From NCBI GenBank assembly GCA_049652745.1, contig JBASEY010000029.1:66440-130439 (forward strand): a DNA stretch of 64,000 nt, written 5' to 3'. Numbering within the stretch: the first letter of the stretch is position 1; each line of letters opens with the position of its first letter. Under the pieces are notes generated by a model. That model made no database searches. It was not told the origin of the DNA and worked only from the letters and a program-made list of their open reading frames with translations. Shown in pieces: positions 9,540 through 18,419 of this stretch. Both the position numbers and the translations under genes were made by a program. This stretch comes from a bacterium (GTDB lineage: Bacteria; CSSED10-310).

Positions 9540-11051
9540 CTAATTCAACGGTGAGTCGAATGAATTCAAGCTCAATTCTTTTCTATAATTTTCAAAAGCG
9601 TGCTTTCCACATGCGGGCAACAAGCATCCAGGCAGCTTTTCTCGAGCCAGATGGACCATCGTAGAGATGCATTCGCGAATATCCCATTGAGCGTGTTCAT
9701 CTTCCCGTAAACGGGAAAGATGAATCAGTTCACGGGCATTTGTTTTCAATAAAACTCGCCGACGATGGCAGGACAAAACGGCGTATGGTATGGACTCCGA
9801 CGATATGAGTGAAATTTTCTGAATAAGCTCTCGGCTTTCTTCACTCGCATTTTTCAAAATACTTTCTCCTCGAGTTTCCCTCAAAACAGGAGGGATGGCG
9901 ATAGGAAGATCGAAATCATAGTCACCGGCGGTAATGGTTGCCATGCGGTGTCGCTTCAACTGGGCAAATGCGGCGGCGCTCAGATTTATCTCAAACAGAA
10001 AATCAGCGTATTCGAACTCCCGTGGCGCCGAGTCCCAAGGTTTCATATGTCGAAAAATTTCTAGAAAAATTTGGCGAAGAAGATCAGGAGGATAGTCGTG
10101 CTGCGATGAATCCAGCTCTTGTGGCAAGGCGATTCCAAGCCGCGACAACAATGCTCCAGCCACCAGTCGATCGCCATCAGGTGTCCAGAAAAGCAGTCGG
10201 ACAGATTCGGCCGGTTTTGGCTGAGCGAGTCTTGCAGAGATAAAATGTTTTAAAACAAGAGATTTTACGGCATTTTCCATATCGATTTTTCGCGAGGAAG
10301 CCTGAGTATACTTGATAATAGAAGGGGCCACGCCATCGATGATGGAAAAAAGCCGGTTTCCAAACTCATTGAACTCTGCATTCGTCGATGATGCAGCCTG
10401 TTGCAACAGCATCTCCAAATTTCTGGCATTCAAGGTCATTCCCATCTGAGTTGTCGTACAAAGAGGCAGCACGTAGCGGGCGTCTTCAGCCGCTGATTCA
10501 GGATAGTGATTCAGATCTTTTTCAATCAATTCCGTCAGTATTCGATAATCGTTGAATCTATCTTTGACGAACTGATTGAATTCCTTATTGATGATTGATT
10601 GTCGAATTGGTTCAGGCACGTAATAATCTTGATCCAGACGTATATAGCGCTGTGATTTTTCCGTGAACGAGCACAAGCGGTGAGACTGAAGGATCTCGGA
10701 CAATAGGCGTGATACCCCTAATATATCCAGGTTGAAAACGGCATGTTCGGCGACGGAGGAATGCCCGAGTCCAAAAATGATATTTCTGTTCGATCGTCTG
10801 GCTTTGCCGACCTGAATGCGGGCATCTTCACGCAGTTGATTGACTGGGCGCGGGTCTCGACTGATTCTAGCATAGGCAGCCGACAGGGTTTCAGGTGTAA
10901 GATTATTTCTATCCAATAGTTCTTGTATTGTCGTCGTAATATCGGATGATTTTTCGGAATCCTCAAGGTTTTCGAGTGTTTTACGGAGTACCGCAATGTG
11001 CTCGTCCAATAATGTCTTGTCGATGTTCATTCCAGCTAAAATTATTTCCAT
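9540..11051 (-). CDS. Tandem-domain ThyX-like protein (flavin-dependent thymidylate synthase family)
   Basis: The first half carries the ThyX signatures GHSSVAEHAVF...LGVSRLLSEILQSHRLCSFTEKSQRY (the RHR-like/SxRY motif). The second half is a degenerate repeat (FAQLKRHRMATITAGDYDFD). The start is set at MEIILAG (ATG at 11051) because an AGGAGA Shine-Dalgarno lies inside the longer ORF-track start. Confidence 0.6.
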   Translation of the reverse strand: MEIILAGMNIDKTLLDEHIAVLRKTLENLEDSEKSSDITTTIQELLDRNNLTPETLSAAYARISRDPRPVNQLREDARIQVGKARRSNRNIIFGLGHSSVAEHAVFNLDILGVSRLLSEILQSHRLCSFTEKSQRYIRLDQDYYVPEPIRQSIINKEFNQFVKDRFNDYRILTELIEKDLNHYPESAAEDARYVLPLCTTTQMGMTLNARNLEMLLQQAASSTNAEFNEFGNRLFSIIDGVAPSIIKYTQASSRKIDMENAVKSLVLKHFISARLAQPKPAESVRLLFWTPDGDRLVAGALLSRLGIALPQELDSSQHDYPPDLLRQIFLEIFRHMKPWDSAPREFEYADFLFEINLSAAAFAQLKRHRMATITAGDYDFDLPIAIPPVLRETRGESILKNASEESRELIQKISLISSESIPYAVLSCHRRRVLLKTNARELIHLSRLREDEHAQWDIRECISTMVHLAREKLPGCLLPACGKHAFENYRKELSLNSFDSPLN

Positions 11052-11215
11052 TGGCTTCTCCTGAAACAAAGCCTTCCGGACTGACCGGATCGCGTGCTCG
11101 TTTATCTTTGAACGTCCTCTTTAAAGAATTTTCATGTTTTAACCTGCAGCACAAGTGCTCGATTATCGATTGGCAGTATCATATTAGTCTTAAAGAGATG
11201 AAAAAATCAAAATCA

Positions 11216-11245
11216 TTGAAGCCGGGACTTCGCTTCCCCTATAAT
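11216..11245 (+). promoter_or_regulatory. Candidate sigma70-type promoter for the small-protein/desulfurase operon
   Basis: TTGAAG, an 18-nt spacer, then TATAAT, about 35 nt upstream of the ATG at 11279. Confidence 0.35.
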
Positions 11246-11278
11246 GGCGTCGATTTTGAATGCGTTTGAGGATTCAAT

Positions 11279-11479
11279 ATGCCCAAAGATCAGAAAACAC
11301 ATCAGAAAAAGTCATTTCGTAGAGCGGAATGGATAGGCGTACTGCTCATATTCATAATTGCCGTCATAACGGGTTATTTTTTCATGATCAACCGCTTGGA
11401 GAAAGCCGAAACGAGGTCTCCGGAACAAGCGCAGCTCATCCTGAACTCGATTGATAAAGGGCTGGATGACAGCGAATGA
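11279..11479 (+). CDS. Small single-pass membrane protein, hypothetical
   Basis: 66 aa with one hydrophobic helix (WIGVLLIFIIAVITGYFFMI). Its TGA stop overlaps the ATG of the next gene as ATGA. Confidence 0.4.
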   Translation: MPKDQKTHQKKSFRRAEWIGVLLIFIIAVITGYFFMINRLEKAETRSPEQAQLILNSIDKGLDDSE

Positions 11480-12612
11480 ACCTCTACTTTGACAATGCGG
11501 CGACATCTTGGCCGAAAGCTCCCGGCGTTTCCGAGGCGATGGCGGATAACATTCAAACGCTGATGGGCAGCCCCGGCAGGTCGTTTAATCCGTTTCAACA
11601 TAAATTGTTATTCGATCTACGGGAATCGATGGCCAAACTGATCAAAGCGGAAGACAGCTCACGGATTGTATTCGGTTTGAATGCCACTCAGATGATCAAC
11701 GTCGGATTACAAGGAATTTTAGAATCTGGTGACCATGTTCTGACGACGTCGATGGAGCATAATGCCGTTGCAAGGCCGCTTCGCTATTTGGAGAAGAGTC
11801 GAGGAGTCGTCATTGATATTATTAGAAGCTCGTCCGACGGGTTTGCAGATATCGACGGCATAAGCCAAGCATTTACGTCTAAAACAAAGCTGGTCGTGAT
11901 CAACCATTCATCCAATGTCACTGGTGCGATCAACGATCTTTCGCCGATAGGCCAACTGGCTAAAGAACACGATGCTTTGTTCATGGTTGACTGTGCTCAG
12001 ACCGTGGGCTTGATTGAAATCGATGTCGACCGGGATCGGATCGATATGCTGGCGGGATCGGGCCATAAAGGTCTTCTGGGCCCGGCCGGCATAGGTTTTT
12101 TGTATATTTCTTCCGGATGTATGCCTAATCCGTTGATTTTTGGCGGGACTGGAACGCATTCGGACGATGATGAGCAGCCGGAAACCGTGCCGGATAGATT
12201 TGAATCGGGAACGCAAAACCTACCCGGCATGGCGGGATTGCAGGCAGCATTAAAATATATTGACCAAAGAGGTCTCCCCAGCATTCAAACTCATAAAAAC
12301 CATCTCAATAAAAGGATGTTGGATGGATTGAAAACACTACCAGGTATTCATCTATATGGCCCTCAAGCCGCCGAATCGCGAACAATGACTTTTAGTGTGA
12401 CTTGTCAGGGAAAAGATATAGCAGCATTAGCCAACGACCTGGCGTATGAACATCGAATAGTCACTCGCGCCGGCCTTCATTGTGCGCCATGGGCGCATAA
12501 AACGATCGGCTCTTTTCCAGAAGGTACATTGCGAATTTCTCCTGGAATCTTTCATGAAGATTCTGATATCGATGCCATGTTGACGGCTTTGGATCAGACG
12601 GTGCGAAAATAA
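11476..12612 (+). CDS. Class V aminotransferase-fold PLP enzyme, cysteine desulfurase/selenocysteine lyase-like
   Basis: 378 aa. The PLP-Lys motif SGHKGLLGPAGIGFLYI is present, and the C-terminal loop LHCAPWAH has a conserved Cys. Confidence 0.8.
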   Translation: MNLYFDNAATSWPKAPGVSEAMADNIQTLMGSPGRSFNPFQHKLLFDLRESMAKLIKAEDSSRIVFGLNATQMINVGLQGILESGDHVLTTSMEHNAVARPLRYLEKSRGVVIDIIRSSSDGFADIDGISQAFTSKTKLVVINHSSNVTGAINDLSPIGQLAKEHDALFMVDCAQTVGLIEIDVDRDRIDMLAGSGHKGLLGPAGIGFLYISSGCMPNPLIFGGTGTHSDDDEQPETVPDRFESGTQNLPGMAGLQAALKYIDQRGLPSIQTHKNHLNKRMLDGLKTLPGIHLYGPQAAESRTMTFSVTCQGKDIAALANDLAYEHRIVTRAGLHCAPWAHKTIGSFPEGTLRISPGIFHEDSDIDAMLTALDQTVRK

Positions 12613-12884
12613 TGACGACATCAGAAAAAACGGCGTCAAAAGAAATGATCGTTCTGATGAACAGTGTTCATGAACATTTGGTGATGGAAAAAAGCCTGGA
12701 GAAAGAAGGGATTTCGTATCGAACCCTTGCCAAACCCAGGCAGTTGGGAACGGATTGTGGAGTGGCGCTGGGAGTTAGTTTTGAAGATATTGCTCGGATT
12801 AAACAGATAGCTGTTTCACGTAAAACTAAAATTTACGGAATTTTTGTCAAGGAAGACGACGTCTGGAAGACCATGGAATCATAA
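12612..12884 (+). CDS. DUF3343-like small protein (putative Se/S carrier family)
   Basis: 90 aa. The start overlaps the desulfurase stop (TAATG). The pattern SVHEHLVMEKSLEKEGISYRTLAKPRQLGTDCGVALGVSFEDIARIKQI matches the DUF3343 consensus: F-S-x-A-x-E-x-L, then a basic (K/R)-P, then CG-hydrophobic-AL. Confidence 0.55.
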   Translation: MTTSEKTASKEMIVLMNSVHEHLVMEKSLEKEGISYRTLAKPRQLGTDCGVALGVSFEDIARIKQIAVSRKTKIYGIFVKEDDVWKTMES

Positions 12885-12914
12885 CCTAAACCTATTTTTG
12901 AATTGGAGGATTTA

Positions 12915-14108
12915 ATGAAATTATCAAATAACGTTCAACAGTTGTCACCATCATTGACCCTTAAAATTTCGGCAAAGGCCAAAGCGATGAAAAAGGACGG
13001 AATCCCTGTTATCGATTTCAGCGTAGGTGAACCGGATTTTTTTACGCCTGACAATGTCAAAGTGGCGGGTATACAAGCGATTACGGAAAATTTCACCCGA
13101 TATACACAAAGTGATGGAATACCGGAACTGAAACAGGCGATTATCAACCGACTGAAAATTGACGACAACCTGGATTACACCGCAAAGGAAATCATCGTCA
13201 GCACAGGAGCCAAAACGTCGATTTATCTGGCTTTGGCGGCAACTGTCGATCCTGGGGACGAAGTCATTGTACCTGCGCCGTATTGGGTTTCCTATCCTGA
13301 ACAGGTGAAGCTTCTGGGAGCTGCTCCGATATTTGTGGCTATGAAGGAATCGGATAATTTTCTTTTAACGGCAGACTCACTGAAGAAGGCTATTACATCG
13401 CGAACCAAAGCGATACTTCTCAATAATCCTTCAAACCCAACAGGTTCCGCGTACACAGAGGCACAGTTGAAACCTGTTTTGGAGGTCGCTCATCGACACG
13501 GATTGTTTGTAATAGCGGATGAAATTTATTCCAAAATTACCTATCCGGGTTATCAATTCAAGCGAGTCGTCACCGTTTTGCCTGAAATCCGGAATAATAC
13601 CGTGATAATCGATGGAGCGTCCAAAGCTTATTCGATGACCGGATGGCGTATCGGTTATACTGCCGGCCCTGAAGAGATTATCGCGGCTATGAAGCGCATT
13701 CAGGATCATTTGACATCCAATCCGGTTTCAATTTCACAGAAAGCGGCTCTCGAAGCGTTTCAAGGCGATCAATCTTTTCTTGAAAACCGAAATCGAGAAT
13801 TTCAAACGCGTCGGGATTATCTTCTCCAGGAATTTCGATCGATACCCGGATTTAAAACCAATGTTCCCCAAGGCGCTTTCTACTTGTTTCCCAATGTGTC
13901 GGCTCTCTACAAAAAAAGTTTTAAGGGTAAACCAATAACCAGCTCTTTGGAATTATGTGATTACTTGCTGGAACAAGCACATGTGGCTTTGGTTCCCGGT
14001 GAGGGATTTGGTTCACCTGACAACATTCGAATTTCTTTTGCGACTTCGATGGATAACATTCGAGAAGGGGTCAAGAGAATTGCGAAAGCGGTAGCGGCAT
14101 TGGATTAA
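12915..14108 (+). CDS. aspC: Aspartate aminotransferase (class I PLP aminotransferase)
   Basis: Signature SKAYSMTGWRIGY. The N-terminus MKLSNNVQQLSPSLTLKISAKAKAMKKDGIPVIDFSVGEPDF is typical. The start is ATG at 12915, after a GGAGGA Shine-Dalgarno embedded in the longer ORF. Confidence 0.9.
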   Translation: MKLSNNVQQLSPSLTLKISAKAKAMKKDGIPVIDFSVGEPDFFTPDNVKVAGIQAITENFTRYTQSDGIPELKQAIINRLKIDDNLDYTAKEIIVSTGAKTSIYLALAATVDPGDEVIVPAPYWVSYPEQVKLLGAAPIFVAMKESDNFLLTADSLKKAITSRTKAILLNNPSNPTGSAYTEAQLKPVLEVAHRHGLFVIADEIYSKITYPGYQFKRVVTVLPEIRNNTVIIDGASKAYSMTGWRIGYTAGPEEIIAAMKRIQDHLTSNPVSISQKAALEAFQGDQSFLENRNREFQTRRDYLLQEFRSIPGFKTNVPQGAFYLFPNVSALYKKSFKGKPITSSLELCDYLLEQAHVALVPGEGFGSPDNIRISFATSMDNIREGVKRIAKAVAALD

Positions 14109-15226
14109 ATATTATTGGGTTTGATTGTATGAATCCCGCCATCATCGAGATATATCGTGATGGTGGGGTTTTTCATAATGCAATCCAGGTGGGCGACAGC
14201 AGGCGCTTTGCCGTAGCAGTCGTCACCAATGGCTATGTGGCACGTATTCAACACTTTTTCATCTTCGGTCATGTTTCCGATCAGTTTTGCCGACCCGTTC
14301 AAACCGATGCCGAATTCCGCCAGGTTGGTGCAGTTGCGACGATAACCATCAGCCTGCAGAGAGGATATGACGCCGCTTTTGATCTGTTCTTCGGTCGCTT
14401 TTTTCATTTCGTCGATCGTGTCTTGAAACAAGCGAGCCTCAACGCCGCCTTCGATGACGACTGCCTGTCCTTGTTCGATACGAATTTTAAAAGGGTTTAA
14501 CGGAACCAGAACTCCATTTAACAAGCTTGTGGAGCCGTCTATAACCGCTATTCCGTGACTGTTGATTTCCGGAACACAGAAGACTTCGCCTGCCGGTAAA
14601 TTTCCGCCGCTTCCTGGAAGACGATAGTCTCCGTCATCCAGCATTCCTCGAACATTGGTCATGTCGATTGTCAAGTCCGTGCCTGCCGGTGTCGTGACAT
14701 GTATTTTTTTGGCTTTGTCAAAAAGAAAATTCAGCAGCTTGGCTTGCTCCCACAAGGCAGGATAATCTATAGGTACAGCTCGGCAAAACGTGTCGAGATT
14801 CGCGGCCGGACACCACGCTCCTCGTGCTCTCTGACTTGCGATGAGATAGTAAAAAATGTGATTGAACGTCAATTTTCCTTTTCGATAGGGGTCGGCCAAA
14901 CCTTGTGGGTCGTTTCCCAGGCTTTCCTTGGTAATGGTAAACAAAACTTCCGGCTCGGTTGAAATAGCGGCCAAAGTCGTCTCTTCGGCAAAGTCAACAC
15001 GTGATCGAGCCGGTTGAAACAGGAGCGTCGGGCTGGCTCCCAGCTCAATAGCCGCGTTATAGACACTTTGAGCAATAATCGGAAGATCTCCATCCGGGTT
15101 TGCCAGAATCAAGATTCGTTCGTCCGGTTTCAAGTCCAAAGCGACACGTAAAGCCGATAATGCAGCATTTTGAACCTCATTGCGCCGATCGTGATGAATC
15201 GTAAACGGGATAGTGGTGATGGCCAT
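14105..15226 (-). CDS. Aminopeptidase, M29 (AmpS/PepS) family
   Basis: 373 aa with the AAGGAGG Shine-Dalgarno. Motifs include GTDLTIDMT, NLPAGEVFCVPE and HIAIGD, which are typical of thermophilic aminopeptidase T/S. Its 3' end is convergent with aspC, overlapping by 4 nt. Confidence 0.7.
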   Translation of the reverse strand: MAITTIPFTIHHDRRNEVQNAALSALRVALDLKPDERILILANPDGDLPIIAQSVYNAAIELGASPTLLFQPARSRVDFAEETTLAAISTEPEVLFTITKESLGNDPQGLADPYRKGKLTFNHIFYYLIASQRARGAWCPAANLDTFCRAVPIDYPALWEQAKLLNFLFDKAKKIHVTTPAGTDLTIDMTNVRGMLDDGDYRLPGSGGNLPAGEVFCVPEINSHGIAVIDGSTSLLNGVLVPLNPFKIRIEQGQAVVIEGGVEARLFQDTIDEMKKATEEQIKSGVISSLQADGYRRNCTNLAEFGIGLNGSAKLIGNMTEDEKVLNTCHIAIGDDCYGKAPAVAHLDCIMKNPTITIYLDDGGIHTIKPNNI

Positions 15227-15332
15227 TTAAAACCTCCTTATTGAACTCATCCGTCGATTATATTAAAGATTAATCGCCATGAAGGCAAAACCAAGTTGGC
15301 AAAATTTAACAAAGGATTGTAGGTTGATTTAA

Positions 15333-16268
15333 ATGAAAAATGAGGAATTCACGAAAAGATTGCCGTATGAAGCCGATTTACATAATCACACAACTTTTTC
15401 CGATGGCTCATTGACGCCTGCTCAATTAGTTTATGAAGCTCATCAATTAGGGTTAAAAGCTCTTGGTGTAACAGATCACGATACAATCGACGGTTTGTAT
15501 GAAGCTCTGTCGGCAGCCGAAGATTACCCAGTAAAAATTATTCCTGGAGTCGAAATCACCGTTCGATTTATGGAGACTTTTTTCATCGGCTCGTTACACC
15601 TGCTGGCTTATTTTAAAGAAGCGCTTTTAGAAGATGAGGCTTTTCTAAAGGAGACATCCGAGGTGTTGGCATTGGGCCGCGGCAGCGCTTTGACGCGAAG
15701 CCGGATTGAAAGAATCAATGAAGTTTTTTCTCCGGACGGCTCGGAACCGTTATTGCCGAGACTTTTGACTGAAGACGATGTCTATGCTCATGGAGATCGA
15801 ATATCGCGCCGCCATTTTTCCCTGGCTCTGAAATCCATGGGAATCCATGACCCGGCAATAATCAATCGGATTATTGGAAATGCTTCTCCTGCTTATGTTC
15901 CTTCGGGCTCGAGTTTGAGTGTGTTGAAAACCTATCTTCAAAAATGGCCGTTGACGCTGGTGTTGGCTCACCCGGCAGCCGGGTCTTTTCCTGGTGAAAA
16001 TGTCTATCGAGAAGTTTTACCGCCCTTCGAAATAGTGGATCGTCTGATGCCTAATTTTCTGGATGTGGGGCTTGCAGGACTGGAAATTGAATACCCGGGA
16101 CATACGCCTGAATGGAAAGGACGGTTACGACAATATTTGGAAGAAAAGAAACTGTTTATTGTCACAGGAGGTTCTGATTGTCATGATAAAACTGACAGGC
16201 CTTTGGGTCTGTCAGGGGTAGGGATGGCGGAAGTTGAAGCCCTGCAGAAAACGTTTAAAGCTCATTGA
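15333..16268 (+). CDS. PHP-domain metal-dependent phosphoesterase (TrpH/YciV-like)
   Basis: DLHNHTTFSDGSLTPAQLV and GVTDHDT are PHP-domain His/Asp motifs. 311 aa. Confidence 0.8.
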   Translation: MKNEEFTKRLPYEADLHNHTTFSDGSLTPAQLVYEAHQLGLKALGVTDHDTIDGLYEALSAAEDYPVKIIPGVEITVRFMETFFIGSLHLLAYFKEALLEDEAFLKETSEVLALGRGSALTRSRIERINEVFSPDGSEPLLPRLLTEDDVYAHGDRISRRHFSLALKSMGIHDPAIINRIIGNASPAYVPSGSSLSVLKTYLQKWPLTLVLAHPAAGSFPGENVYREVLPPFEIVDRLMPNFLDVGLAGLEIEYPGHTPEWKGRLRQYLEEKKLFIVTGGSDCHDKTDRPLGLSGVGMAEVEALQKTFKAH

Positions 16269-16442
16269 GTTATAGTCGAAAGGCTTGTTGATGCTTTAAG
16301 CGATTCAAATAAGGCTTATAATATCAAGAAAAGAAATGCTTTTTTTAAAGAAACCTATCTTGGGCTTGTATGCAGATGTGGACAGCTTGATTTTAATTCG
16401 TTAAAGTAAGTTCTTGAGTCAGCGGTCGATGTGGTAGATAAA

Positions 16443-16847
16443 ATGAAAAGCAGATCGATAATAGTATTTCAAGTAATTCTGATTTCAATAATTGTTCTTT
16501 TAGGTTGCGACTTGTTTGAAAACGACGGCGACTGGGACAATCTGGTGACGATCGAAGTCGTGAATGAATCCACTTGTTTGGTGAGTCTGTTTTTGGATGG
16601 TCGCAGCCAGACCAGTATGGAACCGGGCGCAGAGTTTACAAAAACCGATGTCGGCAAAGGAAAACATCTGCTGGAAGCTTATCCGTGGAATGACGCACAG
16701 TTTGCGTGTGACCACATTGTTACTGACGATTTAAAAGCCGGCCAATCGTTTCTGTGGAGAATACCGAACGATGGGGATTGCGGAGATTGTCCGCCGACGC
16801 CTGTTCCGACGGAAACGCCAACCCCAACCGAAACGCCGGAGCCCTGA
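16443..16847 (+). CDS. Lipoprotein with Pro/Thr-rich C-terminal tail, hypothetical
   Basis: Lipobox LLGC. The tail is CPPTPVPTETPTPTETPEP. There is an alternative GTG start at 16431. Confidence 0.45.
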   Translation: MKSRSIIVFQVILISIIVLLGCDLFENDGDWDNLVTIEVVNESTCLVSLFLDGRSQTSMEPGAEFTKTDVGKGKHLLEAYPWNDAQFACDHIVTDDLKAGQSFLWRIPNDGDCGDCPPTPVPTETPTPTETPEP

Positions 16848-16940
16848 CTCGAATAGCAGAATTACTCATCATCAATACAATGATGATTCATCTCTGTTCA
16901 TTTGTCGGATAGTCAAATAGATATATGTTAATGACTGATT

Positions 16941-18113
16941 TTATAATGGCGACACAGATCGCAATTTTTTAACGGTTTGGACGATGATATCAGCCGCCGT
17001 AATAATATCGTCTTCAGTATTTCCATAGCCCAGTGAGATTCGAATGGAGGAGCGTGCCTGTTCCGGGGCAAGGCCCATTGCCGTCAACACATAAGAAGGG
17101 GCGTCGGAATCACTTGAGCAGGCGGAACCGGAAGATACGGCGATTCCCTGCATGGCCAGCATTTCGACGATCGCCGCGCCGTCGATTTTATCGAATCTCA
17201 AATTTAACGTCCCGGGTAAACGTTTGTCCGGATGGCCGTTCAGGTGAACCCCGTCGAGAGAATTCATAATTCGCTGATGCAGTCGATCACGAAGGTTTTG
17301 TATTTCATTGGATTCTTGAGTGCTGTTTTTTATGGCACTATCCAATGATGCTCCGAGCGCAAAAATTCCAAGGGTGTTTTCGGTTCCCGCTCGCATGTTG
17401 AGCTCTTGATGGCCACCGTGGATAAGCGGGCACAAGCCGATTGCCTGCCTGGCGTAAAGAGCGCCGATACCTTTAGGAGCATTGAGTTTGTGGCCGCTCA
17501 ATGTCAGAAGGTCGATATTCATTTCTTCGACATTGACGGGTATTTTTCCTAAAGCCTGAACTGCATCGACATGAAACAAGATGCCGCGTTCTCGGGCGAT
17601 TGCCCCAAGTTTTTCGATGGGCATTATCGTGCCGGTTTCGTTGTTGGCCATCATAATGGATATCAATACGGTATTCGGCTGAATCGCTTTCCTCAAGCTT
17701 TCCGGTTCGACCATTCCATAAGAGTCAACAGGAAGATAAGTCACAGTGGCTCCCATGTTTTTCAAACAATCAGCAGTAAAATAAACACTTGGATGCTCGA
17801 CAGCCGATGTAATTAAGTGGAATGTACTATCTTTGGCTATAGCATGGCGACAGGGATTTCCCGTACAAATAATCCCTTTCAATGCCAAGTTGTTCGCTTC
17901 CGATCCGCTGCTTGTAAAAATGACATGTCCTTCCTTCGCACCTATCATCTGAATAATGCGCTTTCTGACATCCTCGACACGCTTCCGGGCTTCATAGCCA
18001 AATGTGTGATGGCTTGAAGCATTACCGAATACGTCCAAATTATCTATTATGGTCTTTTTGACTTCGGGTTTTAATGGTGTTGTGGCATTGTGATCAAGAT
18101 ATATCAATCTCAT
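16941..18113 (-). CDS. nifS: Cysteine desulfurase NifS/IscS family
   Basis: The start is at MRLIYLDHNATTP (ATG at 18113, GGAGAG Shine-Dalgarno). The PLP-Lys motif TLSGHKLNAPKGIGALY is present, and the active-site loop is SSGSACSS. Confidence 0.9.
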   Translation of the reverse strand: MRLIYLDHNATTPLKPEVKKTIIDNLDVFGNASSHHTFGYEARKRVEDVRKRIIQMIGAKEGHVIFTSSGSEANNLALKGIICTGNPCRHAIAKDSTFHLITSAVEHPSVYFTADCLKNMGATVTYLPVDSYGMVEPESLRKAIQPNTVLISIMMANNETGTIMPIEKLGAIARERGILFHVDAVQALGKIPVNVEEMNIDLLTLSGHKLNAPKGIGALYARQAIGLCPLIHGGHQELNMRAGTENTLGIFALGASLDSAIKNSTQESNEIQNLRDRLHQRIMNSLDGVHLNGHPDKRLPGTLNLRFDKIDGAAIVEMLAMQGIAVSSGSACSSDSDAPSYVLTAMGLAPEQARSSIRISLGYGNTEDDIITAADIIVQTVKKLRSVSPL

Positions 18114-18402
18114 GGTACTCTCCATTTTCAGAATCGTATGTAGAATCCACGTCGTCTCGACATGAATCCGGTTTATGCACGTCATATATGGGTGTCTCAT
18201 CTTCTGAGGCCGGCTGAACAAAAAACATGAATGCCATCGATGGACGTCGCGAGGATTCACGCACAACGAAATGAATCTGGTCAAAAATCCAGCCTTCAGG
18301 AGTCCATTTGTTCAGCACATCCTGAATGGTATCGTCTGTAACAGTTGACAATTCAACAACTTTATAATGAACGTTTTTATAAATAGTGGGTTTGGCAGTC
18401 AT
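18094..18402 (-). CDS. DUF4177-like small protein
   Basis: IYKNVHYKVVEL...VLNKWTPEGWIFDQIHFVV resembles the DUF4177 consensus (EYKVV...LNELG.EGWELV). It overlaps the nifS start by 20 nt and has a GGGAGAAAG Shine-Dalgarno. Confidence 0.45.
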   Translation of the reverse strand: MTAKPTIYKNVHYKVVELSTVTDDTIQDVLNKWTPEGWIFDQIHFVVRESSRRPSMAFMFFVQPASEDETPIYDVHKPDSCRDDVDSTYDSENGEYHEIDIS

Positions 18403-18419
18403 AAAACTTTCTCCCATGG

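Noticed and set aside
12903-12914. Upstream ATG for aspC
   Set aside because: The codons ATG GAG GAT themselves form the GGAGGA Shine-Dalgarno for the ATG at 12915, and the MKLSNN N-terminus matches AspC.
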